Sequence record: DRR378314_1819
DNA: 39,932 nucleotides
Reading direction: 5' to 3' (one strand)
Below are positions 19,704 through 28,821 of this stretch, piece after piece (positions within the stretch are counted from its first letter, which is position 1; each line of letters starts with the position of its first letter). The position numbers and the translations under genes were made by a program. Below the pieces are notes generated by a model, which did not search any database, was not told the origin of the DNA, and was given only the letters and a program-made list of their open reading frames with translations.

Positions 19704-20951
19704 TTATTTCTTAACGCTAAATTCGGGATAGGCTTCAAGACCGCACTCAGCAATATCGACACCTTCATACTCTTCTTCTTCGCTAACGCGGATACCCATG
19801 ATGGCTTTCAGCACCAGCCATACCACCAGGCTGGCAACGAATACCCAGCCAAAGATACCAACGATACCGATCAGCTGTGCGCCGAAAGAAGCGTCGCCAT
19901 TGGTCAACGGTACCGCCAGCACGCCCCAGATACCCACCACACCGTGTACCGAGATCGCACCGACCGGATCATCAAGCTTCAGTTTGTCCAGCGTGACGAT
20001 CGCAGCGACAACGATCAAGCCACCCACCGCCCCAATCACCGCAGCACCTAGCGCAGAGGGCGACAGAGGATCCGCAGTAATCGCGACAAGACCAGCCAGA
20101 GCACCGTTAAGCGCCATGGTAAGGTCCGCTTTACGGAACCACAGCTTGGCAAGAATCAGTGCGGCAAGCACGCCACCGGCAGCGGCCGCATTGGTGTTAA
20201 CAAACACCTGAGCAACGTTGTTGGCAGAGCTGATGTCGGACATTTTCAGTTCAGAGCCGCCGTTGAAACCGAACCAACCCATCCAAAGGATAAAAGTACC
20301 CAGTGTGGCCAGCGGCATGTTGGCGCCGGGAATCGCGTGGATAGACCCATCTTTACCGTACTTACCTTTACGTGGGCCAAGCACCAATACACCCGCTAAG
20401 GCAGCCGCGGCACCTGCTAAGTGAACAATGCCGGAACCCGCGTAATCGGAATAGCCGACTTCAGACAACCAGCCGCCGCCCCACGTCCAGTAGCCAGACA
20501 CCGGATAAATAAAGGCTGTCATCACCACTGCGAAGGCCAGGAATGCCCACAGCTTCATGCGCTCAGCAACCGCACCAGACACAATCGACATGGCTGTGGC
20601 CACAAACACTACCTGGAAGAAAAAGTCAGAGCGCATTGAGTAGTAAGGCGCATCATCACCGCCTGCGGTCACTGCATCCACGCTGTTTTCAGCGCCAATC
20701 AAGAAACCAAGGTTGGGTAGGAAGCCACCCGCGCTGCTGGAATACATAATGTAGTAACCCACCAGCAAGTACATGGTGCAGGCAATCGCAAACAGCGCGA
20801 TATTTTTGGTCAGAATCTCGGCGGTGTTTTTCGAACGTACCAAGCCAGCCTCAAGCATTGAGAAGCCAGCGGCCATCCACATGACGAGCACGCCGCAAAT
20901 TAGGAAGTAAAACGTGTCGAGCGCGTAGCTCAGATCAGTCAACTCATTCAT
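19704..20951 (-). CDS. amtB: Ammonium transporter (Amt family)
   Basis: DYAGSGIVH, WFGFNGGS, DDPVGAISVHG (twin His), NGALAGLVAIT; directly downstream of glnK. Confidence 0.93.
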   Translation of the reverse strand: MNELTDLSYALDTFYFLICGVLVMWMAAGFSMLEAGLVRSKNTAEILTKNIALFAIACTMYLLVGYYIMYSSSAGGFLPNLGFLIGAENSVDAVTAGGDDAPYYSMRSDFFFQVVFVATAMSIVSGAVAERMKLWAFLAFAVVMTAFIYPVSGYWTWGGGWLSEVGYSDYAGSGIVHLAGAAAALAGVLVLGPRKGKYGKDGSIHAIPGANMPLATLGTFILWMGWFGFNGGSELKMSDISSANNVAQVFVNTNAAAAGGVLAALILAKLWFRKADLTMALNGALAGLVAITADPLSPSALGAAVIGAVGGLIVVAAIVTLDKLKLDDPVGAISVHGVVGIWGVLAVPLTNGDASFGAQLIGIVGIFGWVFVASLVVWLVLKAIMGIRVSEEEEYEGVDIAECGLEAYPEFSVKK

Positions 20952-20996
20952 TTTAAGTTCCCCGTTGAACTATAGAAATGATCCGAAAAAACAGCT

Positions 20997-21380
<384 letters not shown>

Positions 21381-21400
21381 TTAACTGCTTATCTCGTTAA

Positions 21401-21416
21401 TGCGCATACCGTGCCA
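21401..21416 (-). promoter_or_regulatory. sigma54 promoter of glnK-amt
   Basis: Minus strand TGGCAC-GGTAT-GCGCA has correct GG-N10-GC spacing. An AT-rich tract with an IHF-like AGTCAG-N4-TTG lies at 21437-21449. Confidence 0.75.
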
Positions 21417-21512
21417 CCCAACTTTTTTTTCTTATAAGTCAGCAGTTTGTTTTATAAAAATTAAGATTTTTCGGTGGCAAGGAAGACTTAGTAGCCGCCG
21501 CCACTGCCCGCT

Positions 21513-21561
21513 TGCACCATAAAAGAACATGAATAAAAACGCGGCGCTCTATTTCGATGCA
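21513..21561. promoter_or_regulatory. Two NtrC-like sites upstream of glnK
   Basis: TGCACCATAAAAGAACA (21513-21529) and, on the minus strand, TGCATCGAAATAGAGCG (21545-21561). Confidence 0.7.
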
Positions 21562-21695
21562 CTCCTTCGATGCCCCCCGCCGATAAAGAGAGGCCAGAGG
21601 CTAATTTGCAAACGATGCATGCGCATCGACGGCGGGTTGCGTATCCTTATTAGTAAGCAGTGCACATTTATGCGTGGTCATTTAAGGAGAGAGCG

Positions 21696-22037
21696 ATGGC
21701 GCCTCAAGATCGCATTAGCCGTTTAGCCCAGCAAATTGGGGATCGTTTACAGAACGCCTCCCAAGCCCCGGAAGATATTCAAAAAGGCGTACAGCAGGTA
21801 GTGCGTGGTGCCTTTGACAGGTTGGAGCTGGTGTCACGGGAAGACTTTGATATTTTGATGGATGTATTGCAGCGCACCCGCTCACGCGTTGAAGCTCTAG
21901 AGCGCCAAGTGGCCAGCCTTGAGGCCGCCGTGGAAGCGTCTACCTCAACGAGCCCTTCCCCCATTGAAGCAGAAGCACCACCAACCCCCGCTCCTGAACC
22001 GAACAGTGATGGTTCAGAGGATGACAAGCCCGCCTAA
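21696..22037 (+). CDS. ubiK: Ubiquinone biosynthesis accessory factor UbiK (YqiC/BMFP family)
   Basis: LELVSREDFDI...VL.RTR.R.EALE coiled coil; AAGGAG RBS before ATG 21696; divergent from glnK as in related genomes. Confidence 0.85.
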   Translation: MAPQDRISRLAQQIGDRLQNASQAPEDIQKGVQQVVRGAFDRLELVSREDFDILMDVLQRTRSRVEALERQVASLEAAVEASTSTSPSPIEAEAPPTPAPEPNSDGSEDDKPA

Positions 22038-22049
22038 ATCCAGAACGGA

Positions 22050-22078
22050 CGGCAATAGGTTGACGACGCCTATTGCCG
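22050..22078 (+). terminator. Hairpin after ubiK
   Basis: CGGCAATAGG-N9-CCTATTGCCG; no clear U tract. Confidence 0.5.
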
Positions 22079-22142
22079 ACTAAGTGGTGGCTTAATACGT
22101 TGATGTTGATGACGTAAAGAGCGTTACACCCACTTAATAAAC

Positions 22143-22161
22143 ACGAATCAATATCATTGAC
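22143..22161. promoter_or_regulatory. Putative Fur box
   Basis: Reverse complement GTCAATGATATTGATTCGT matches GATAATGATAATCATTATC at 12/19 by manual count; upstream of a siderophore receptor. Confidence 0.5.
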
Positions 22162-22222
22162 TTTGATTGTTGTGGTGATACTCTCCGCCTCCTACTCCCT
22201 AACTGCTTGCGGATTGTTCACC

Positions 22223-24358
22223 ATGTCTGACTGGTCTTCTTCAACGGCTGCACTCATTGGCACGGGTCTATTACTAGGCTTTTCCAGCGATGTTTTCGCC
22301 CAAAACACAACGTCTGGATCCACGCTAAACGCAAACGCTGGAGATACCATGGTGGTGGTTGGCTCCCGCACCCCAACCCAGATCAGTCAAATACCTGGCG
22401 CGGTATGGGTAATTGATAAAGAGATGCTGCAACAGCAGACCCGCAATGGTGCAGACCTAAAGACGGCTTTGGGGCAACTTGTGCCGGGGCTGGATCTGGC
22501 ACCGCAAGGGCGCACCAATTATGGGCAAAACATGCGTGGTCGGGGCGTGCAGGTGCTTATCGATGGCGTATCTCTGAACAGTTCGCGTGGGCTTTCCCGT
22601 CAGTTCGATGCCATCGATCCCTTCAATATTGAGCGTGTAGAAGTGCTTTCCGGCGCCAGCAGCCTGTATGGCGGCGGTGCTACGGGGGGCTTGATCAATG
22701 TCATTACGCGCAAAGGCGAAGAAGGCCTGAACTGGCGCACCGAAGCTGGCATCACCACAGGCTTCAACAACAGCGATGATATGGATCGACGTCTGTCGCA
22801 ATCGATCAGCGGCGGCAATGAGCGGGTTCAGGGCTATCTGGGTACCTCCATTGTGGACAACGGCCGTCACTATGACGGCAGCGGCCAAGAGATCTTTCCC
22901 GATATTGCCCAGACCGACCTGCAGGACAATCGCAGCATTGATGTATTGGGCAACCTCTCGTTCCGTTTGACCGACGAACAGAGCCTAGAACTGGGCGCCC
23001 AGCTGTATCGTTCCGGCTACGAAGGTAACCGAGGGGTTTATTTTCCCAACCTCAACGCAGCCACGCCCAACTTGAACGATGCCGAGATTCGCGACGGCTA
23101 CCGTTCTCAGCGCGACCCGGAAACCGACCGCAAGCTGGTCAACGTCAACTATCACCACGCTAACCTGTGGGGGCAAAACTTCTACCTGCAAGCGTTTCAC
23201 CGGGAGGAAGAGTCCAGTTTTCAGGCATTTCCCTACCCAGTCGCCGACGGTCTGCAGTTTCGCGCATCGCAACAAAACACTGATTTAAGCGGTATTAAAG
23301 CGCTATTTGAGTCGCGCCTGGGTGATGACATCTCATTGACCTATGGGCTCGACCTGGATCGCGAAAAATTCGATGCCAGCCAGATGCTGTTCGATACCGA
23401 TGTCTCGGATGCCACCGGTGGTCTGGTGCAGCAGGCTTCGGGCGTTGAGCCCCGCTACCCAGGCTATCAGGTGGACGGGCTTTCGGGCTTCGTCCAAGGT
23501 GACTGGCAGGCCACCCAGGCGCTTAAGCTCTCCGCAGGGTTGCGGCAGCAGCATATGGATGTCGAAGTGGGCGATTTCCAGGGTATTCCCGGCGGTAAGA
23601 ACGATTACGAAGCTACGCTATTGAATGCCAGCGCTCTCTACGATTACGGCAACGGTCACCAGAACTGGCTGCAGTTTAGCCAGGGCTTCGAGCTGCCAGA
23701 TCCCGCCAAATACTACGGCAAGAGCCCCGAGGTGAGTGTCGATAACAACCCTCTATCTGCCATCGAGACAGATCAGGTGGAGCTAGGCTGGCGCTACCAG
23801 GGGGGTAACTGGATGGCTCAAACGGCACTCTACTACGCTTGGTCGGACAAGGCGGTAGAGAACGCCCAGGATCTGAGCGTCAGCGTAGTGGACGAAAAGA
23901 AGCGTGACTTTGGTCTAGAGAGCGCGGTAACCCGTTACTTCGACAACGGCCTGGAGGTCGGCGGTACCCTACACTTGGTGCGTTCCGAACAGGAGAACGG
24001 CCAAGGGGAGTGGGAGAAGCGTGACGCCCGCTATGCATCGCTCTCCTCTTCCACTGCCTTCATTGGCTGGACCGACTACGTGCGCTCGGCGCGCTTGCAA
24101 GCCAGCCATACTTTCGACCTGAAAGACGACGCGGATCGTGAGATCGATGGCAACACCACCCTCGATCTATCGCTCAGCCAGGAGACCGATTTTGGCACCG
24201 TGAGTCTGGGCATACAGAACCTACTCGATGATCAGTACTCCACCGTCTGGGGCCAGCGGGCCGCTATGTTCTATTCGCCCTACTACGGTCCAGAATACCT
24301 CTACGACTATCAAGGACGCGGACGTACCTACACCCTGAACTGGTCGATGGCGTATTAA
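22223..24358 (+). CDS. TonB-dependent siderophore receptor, IutA/RhtA (aerobactin/rhizobactin/schizokinen-type) family
   Basis: TonB-box-like DTMVVVG, RTNYGQNMRGR, IDPFNIERVEVLSGA..LYGGGATGGLIN, Y.TVWGQRA and GRGRTY.L...Y C-terminus. Confidence 0.85.
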   Translation: MSDWSSSTAALIGTGLLLGFSSDVFAQNTTSGSTLNANAGDTMVVVGSRTPTQISQIPGAVWVIDKEMLQQQTRNGADLKTALGQLVPGLDLAPQGRTNYGQNMRGRGVQVLIDGVSLNSSRGLSRQFDAIDPFNIERVEVLSGASSLYGGGATGGLINVITRKGEEGLNWRTEAGITTGFNNSDDMDRRLSQSISGGNERVQGYLGTSIVDNGRHYDGSGQEIFPDIAQTDLQDNRSIDVLGNLSFRLTDEQSLELGAQLYRSGYEGNRGVYFPNLNAATPNLNDAEIRDGYRSQRDPETDRKLVNVNYHHANLWGQNFYLQAFHREEESSFQAFPYPVADGLQFRASQQNTDLSGIKALFESRLGDDISLTYGLDLDREKFDASQMLFDTDVSDATGGLVQQASGVEPRYPGYQVDGLSGFVQGDWQATQALKLSAGLRQQHMDVEVGDFQGIPGGKNDYEATLLNASALYDYGNGHQNWLQFSQGFELPDPAKYYGKSPEVSVDNNPLSAIETDQVELGWRYQGGNWMAQTALYYAWSDKAVENAQDLSVSVVDEKKRDFGLESAVTRYFDNGLEVGGTLHLVRSEQENGQGEWEKRDARYASLSSSTAFIGWTDYVRSARLQASHTFDLKDDADREIDGNTTLDLSLSQETDFGTVSLGIQNLLDDQYSTVWGQRAAMFYSPYYGPEYLYDYQGRGRTYTLNWSMAY

Positions 24359-24401
24359 GCACCGCCCGGCTACTCGCAGGCAGCCGCTCAACAGCGAGGG
24401 A

Positions 24402-25376
24402 ATGGGAATGGCGACACTCGACACACTCGCGCCACTCACCACCTATGACCTGCTGGCCCTTGGTCAGCGCTTCGGGATCGATTACCGCTTTCCCGAAGCG
24501 CCCGACCGCTCCCCATCGCCTTACGTGGCTCGCGGGCGTGTGATGGATATCGAGATCACCCCGACCCTACGCGTGACGCACTCAGATCTTGATGTTCTGC
24601 ACGCTTATGCCTCCACCTCCCGTCGTACCGCTCCGTGGTTTCTCAGTGTGATACTTGAGGGCTGCATCCACGTGAGGCTCGGCCACCAGTCATTTCAATT
24701 ACAGGCTGGCGACGCCTTCAGTGCACACTTCAACCAGCAGACCGGGCTTGAGGTCTTCCAGCCTGCACCACAACGCTTACGCACCCTCAACGTATCGATT
24801 CTAGATGGCCTCGAGTCTCTCTCTTCCTCGCCCATCAACGTTGCCCCTCCAGCCACCCCAGTGCTACACACTTGGCAAGTACCGCCGCTCCTTCGCCATA
24901 GCCTAGAAACAGCACTGGCTTCGAACTGGTCAGCAGAGCGGCAGTGCCTATTATGGCAAGGCCTCGCGCTCCAGTTACTCGCTCATGGCCTGCCTGCTGC
25001 TTGCCTGGAAACCGGCGACAAAAACACACAAGATGGCCCCCCTCCGGACCTTTCTCATCGCGATCACCAACGCCTGGAACGTTTGCGCCAGCAGCTCGAA
25101 CATTATCCCAACCAGAATTACCGGCTGGAGCAGTTGGCTCGAAATGCCGCCATGAGCCCTAGTAGCCTACGCACCAAGTTCCAGCGCTGTTACGGCTGCT
25201 CGATATTCGACTACCTACGGCGTTGTCGCCTGACCCAAGCTCAGGCGTACTTACGCAAAGGTTATAGCGTGCAGCAAACTGCCCACGCCTGCGGCTACCG
25301 CCACGCCAGCAACTTTGCTACGGCATATAAGCGGGCCTTTGGTGTCACTCCGCATGAGGTCTTCAAGTGTCGCTAA
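24402..25376 (+). CDS. AraC-family transcriptional regulator (PchR/DesR-like)
   Basis: C-terminal double HTH: LA...AMSPSSLRTKF...YG, A..CGY.HASNFATAYKRAFGVTP. Start could be 24408. Confidence 0.88.
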   Translation: MGMATLDTLAPLTTYDLLALGQRFGIDYRFPEAPDRSPSPYVARGRVMDIEITPTLRVTHSDLDVLHAYASTSRRTAPWFLSVILEGCIHVRLGHQSFQLQAGDAFSAHFNQQTGLEVFQPAPQRLRTLNVSILDGLESLSSSPINVAPPATPVLHTWQVPPLLRHSLETALASNWSAERQCLLWQGLALQLLAHGLPAACLETGDKNTQDGPPPDLSHRDHQRLERLRQQLEHYPNQNYRLEQLARNAAMSPSSLRTKFQRCYGCSIFDYLRRCRLTQAQAYLRKGYSVQQTAHACGYRHASNFATAYKRAFGVTPHEVFKCR

Positions 25377-25432
25377 CGTACTATCCATAACTACCCATAA
25401 CGTCTTGTCGTAAGTTCCCCTACTCTGCATTT

Positions 25433-25471
25433 TTTGGCAGTGCGCATAACCTCTTTGTCATAGCGCATACC
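25433..25471 (+). promoter_or_regulatory. Direct repeat with 21-bp period, putative AraC-family binding site
   Basis: TTTGGCAGTGCGCATAAC and TTTGTCATAGCGCATACC (14/18 identical), just upstream of the Fur box of the receptor. Confidence 0.55.
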
Positions 25472-25488
25472 TTTCCAAAGCAATTAAA

Positions 25489-25507
25489 CGCAATAATTCT
25501 CATTAAC
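25489..25507. promoter_or_regulatory. Fur box
   Basis: Reverse complement GTTAATGAGAATTATTGCG matches the consensus at 13/19 and contains AATGAGAATnATT. Confidence 0.7.
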
Positions 25508-25544
25508 AAATTAGTTAATTGCTTCTCATTGCAGGTACACCCCC

Positions 25545-27671
25545 ATGTCTTTTATGCCTCGCCGTTTGTTACGCTCTCCACTCAGTGCCGCTGTCATCGC
25601 GGCACTCACGGCACCCTCGGTTTACGCTCAGGCAAGCGCGCAGGAAAGTACTCTGGAAAGTACAGCGCTAGGCACTGTGACGGTAACCGCTCAGCAGGCG
25701 GCCACTAAAGTCACCACCCCTTTTATTGAAACGCCGCAAAGCGTGTCTACGATTAGCCGCGAACAAATGGAACACCGTGGGGTAGACACCGTTCAGCGCG
25801 CCACCGATTACACGCCTGGTGTTTACAGCAACCAGGTGGGCGCCTCCAACCGCTTCGACTACCTGGTACTACGGGGCTTTTCTGACGGCAGCTTGAGCAA
25901 TACCTTCTTAGATGGTCTTAAAGTGATGGGCGATGCCAACTCCCATAGCAGTATGCGCATCGATCCGTGGTTTTTAGACAGCATTGAAGTGGTACGCGGG
26001 CCTGCCTCGGTGCTCTATGGCCGTGCCTCACCCGGTGGTGTGGTGGCGCTAAATAGCAAGCGCCCTGAATTTGAACCAGGCGGTGAGCTACGTTTTCGGG
26101 TAGGCAATAATAACCAGCGCAGTGCCGCCTTTGACCTCACTGGCCCGATTGGCGCAGAGCAGCGAGTAGCGTTTCGCCTGACCGGCATTGCCAGCACCGC
26201 CGACACCCAGTTTGGCCCCGCTGAAGAGGAGCGCTATGCCATTGCGCCGCGGCTAACCTGGGATATCACCGACGACACCAGCCTAACGGTTGAGGCCTAT
26301 CTACAGGATGAACCCGAAGGCGGCTACCACTCCGGCGTGCCCTATGAAGGAGCAGTAGTACCCAGAAACGGCAAGCAGATCAGTAACAACTTCTTTGATG
26401 GCGAAGCCGACTACAACGCCTACGAGCGTACTCAGCGCATGGCTGGCTATACCCTGGAACATCGCTTTAATGACGACGTAACGGGCCGCCAGTTACTGCG
26501 TTATCTCAATTCCGATGTGGTGCTGAATCAAGTCTACGGCTATGGCTGGACGTCACCTACCTCTGATGAACTAACCCGCTACTATTCTGGCAGTGATGAG
26601 TCCCTGGAAGCTTGGACTATCGACAATCAGCTTGAAGCCACCGTCAGCAGCGGCTTTATGGATCACACACTGCTTGTCGGGGTCGATTATCAACAGCGGG
26701 AAAACGACGTATCGTGGCCCACTGGGTATTTCCACCCCATCAATGCCTTTAACCCTGTCTATGGCAGCGGGCCGATTGAATTTTACGCACCTACCCGTGA
26801 GCGCCACGAGATTGATCAAACCGGCGTTTATCTACAGGATCAAATCGCCGTCGATAACTGGCGCTTCACGCTAGGCGGCCGCTACGACTGGGTGAATATC
26901 GACAATACCAACCGCGATAGCGGTGACACCAGTTCACTTAGCGACACCCAGTTCAGCGGCCGCGCCGGTGTGGTCTACCTGTTTGATAATGGAGTAGCGC
27001 CCTACCTGAGCTACTCCACCGCCTTCACCCCCACTAGTTTTGTGGATGAGAGTGGCGACCTGCTTCAACCAATGGAAGGCGAACAGTGGGAGGCCGGCTT
27101 AAAACTCCAGCCTAACGGCAGCGCCAGCCAATTCAGCGCGGCGCTGTTCCATATCAGCCAAGAGAACGTCGCGACCAAGGTGCAGCCATCCGACCCTTAT
27201 CGCGCGGTAGGTGAAATTGAATCCCAAGGACTGGAGTTGGAAGCACAAACCCAGTTAACGGATACCCTCTCGGTTCAGGCAGGCTATAGCTTCACCGACA
27301 TCACTTACGCCAAAAGCGATGATGGCAACCAGGGTAATAACGCGATTTACTCCCCGCGCCACCAAGTACAGCTGTGGGGCCACTACGAGGCCAATAAGGG
27401 CTGGCTAAACGGCGTGGATGTCGGTGTTGGCGTACGCCACTATGCGGATATTGCCGCCGATCGAGCCAACACCGAAACCGTCCCTGACTACACCCTGGTG
27501 GATGCCACCATTGGCTACGATCTAAGCCAGCTCGGCGTGGAAGGGGTGGAAACGCGCCTCAATGTGAACAACCTGCTGGATAAGGAGTACGTGGCCTCCT
27601 GCAACTCGCTGGAGTACTGCTACTTCGGCGCCGAACGCGGTGTGACCGCCAGTGTTCACTACCGTTTCTAA
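25545..27671 (+). CDS. foxA: TonB-dependent ferrioxamine/ferrichrome receptor (FoxA/FhuA family)
   Basis: ETPQSVS, GASNRFDY..LRGF, RGPASVLYG..SPGG, NNL.DKEYVASC....CYFG.ER and terminal Phe. foxA versus another fhuA-family assignment is not certain. Confidence 0.8.
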   Translation: MSFMPRRLLRSPLSAAVIAALTAPSVYAQASAQESTLESTALGTVTVTAQQAATKVTTPFIETPQSVSTISREQMEHRGVDTVQRATDYTPGVYSNQVGASNRFDYLVLRGFSDGSLSNTFLDGLKVMGDANSHSSMRIDPWFLDSIEVVRGPASVLYGRASPGGVVALNSKRPEFEPGGELRFRVGNNNQRSAAFDLTGPIGAEQRVAFRLTGIASTADTQFGPAEEERYAIAPRLTWDITDDTSLTVEAYLQDEPEGGYHSGVPYEGAVVPRNGKQISNNFFDGEADYNAYERTQRMAGYTLEHRFNDDVTGRQLLRYLNSDVVLNQVYGYGWTSPTSDELTRYYSGSDESLEAWTIDNQLEATVSSGFMDHTLLVGVDYQQRENDVSWPTGYFHPINAFNPVYGSGPIEFYAPTRERHEIDQTGVYLQDQIAVDNWRFTLGGRYDWVNIDNTNRDSGDTSSLSDTQFSGRAGVVYLFDNGVAPYLSYSTAFTPTSFVDESGDLLQPMEGEQWEAGLKLQPNGSASQFSAALFHISQENVATKVQPSDPYRAVGEIESQGLELEAQTQLTDTLSVQAGYSFTDITYAKSDDGNQGNNAIYSPRHQVQLWGHYEANKGWLNGVDVGVGVRHYADIAADRANTETVPDYTLVDATIGYDLSQLGVEGVETRLNVNNLLDKEYVASCNSLEYCYFGAERGVTASVHYRF

Positions 27672-27723
27672 GCTTCCGTTTTAAGCCCTTGGCTAAGCAT
27701 CATTACGTAATCGTTAACATATC

Positions 27724-27752
27724 TGCCCAGGCCGCTGTGCCTGGGCATTTTT
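27724..27752 (+). terminator. Rho-independent terminator
   Basis: TGCCCAGGC-cgctgt-GCCTGGGCA-TTTTT. Confidence 0.85.
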
Positions 27753-27768
27753 CCTTGAAGACAAGTTT

Positions 27769-27787
27769 GCAAACAATAAATATTATC
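27769..27787 (+). promoter_or_regulatory. Putative Fur box upstream of fhuD
   Basis: GCAAACAATAAATATTATC matches the consensus at 13/19. Confidence 0.55.
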
Positions 27788-27829
27788 GTTTAAATACAGT
27801 TCTTATTTTCTGGATAGCCTCTCACCACC

Positions 27830-28735
27830 ATGCGCCACACTAACCTGTTCTCTTTGCTCGCGCGCTGCGGGCTGTTCGCCGTTTGTATGCTGAGCGTTTC
27901 TACTGCCCAGGCGCAGTGGGCCACGGTGGACTGGACCATCGCTGAAACACTACTGGCCATTGATGCGCCGGTTAGCAGCGTTGCTCAGCAAAGCGATTAT
28001 CACCAGTGGGTGGGCGAGCCACAGATACCCGACAGTGCCACCGATATGGGACTACGCACCCAGCCTAATTTAGAACTGCTGGCCCAAGTGCCTCCAGAAC
28101 AGACGCTGATCTCGCCCATGTTTGCCGGTTTAACACCGCGCCTGGAGCGCATTGCCCCGGTCACTTCATTCTCGCTCTACTCGCCCGGCACCGATACCTG
28201 GCAAGAGATGCAAACCCTGACCCGCGAGCTGGGCGAGTTAACCGAGCACCAGCCTCAGGCCGAGCAGCTTATTGAAGAGACCCAAACGTTGATGACCACG
28301 CTGCGCGAATCTCGTCCCCTTTCTCAGTCTGAAATTGCGCCGCTGCTGATGGTACAGTTTATGGATGCCCGCCACGTGCGGGTGTTTGGAGAAAACAGCT
28401 TATACAACGCCGTGCTGGAGCAACTTGAGCTGCCCAATGCCTGGGATCAACCCACCAATGCCTGGGGGTTTGCACTGGCGGGGATTGAAGCGCTGGCGCG
28501 CTACCCAGAAGCAACGCTGGTGATCATCGACCCACTCCCCATCGGAGCCGAAGAGCAGCTTGCAAACAGCGGCCTGTGGCAGCAACTCCCCAGCGTCAGG
28601 CATGACAGGATAGTCCGTCTACCGCCGGTATGGAGCTTCGGCGCACTGCCCTCCGCCCAGCGTTTTGCAAGGGAGTTGTTTGCTGCACTGTCGGCAGGCA
28701 GCCCAGCACAAGTCACCGACTCAACTGTTAACTAA
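27830..28735 (+). CDS. fhuD: Iron-hydroxamate ABC transporter substrate-binding protein (FhuD-like)
   Basis: DWT.AETLLA, WV.EP..P....DMGLRTQPNLELL, NAW...TN.WGF, W.FG.LPSA.RFA. Confidence 0.85.
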   Translation: MRHTNLFSLLARCGLFAVCMLSVSTAQAQWATVDWTIAETLLAIDAPVSSVAQQSDYHQWVGEPQIPDSATDMGLRTQPNLELLAQVPPEQTLISPMFAGLTPRLERIAPVTSFSLYSPGTDTWQEMQTLTRELGELTEHQPQAEQLIEETQTLMTTLRESRPLSQSEIAPLLMVQFMDARHVRVFGENSLYNAVLEQLELPNAWDQPTNAWGFALAGIEALARYPEATLVIIDPLPIGAEEQLANSGLWQQLPSVRHDRIVRLPPVWSFGALPSAQRFARELFAALSAGSPAQVTDSTVN

Positions 28736-28821
28736 GGTCAGTTTTCCAGGCACACGCTATTTTTAAACGTTCCAATTAACGTAGGGTTACGTTAGGAATA
28801 AAAAACTAGCGAGGGGGCGCC

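Noticed and set aside
21529..21726. 65-aa ORF between glnK and ubiK
   Set aside because: It covers the NtrC-like sites, overlaps ubiK out of frame, and has no recognisable features.
22080..28800. Active mobile element/genomic island call for the iron block
   Set aside because: No integrase, transposase, tRNA or flanking direct repeats seen, and comM is intact.
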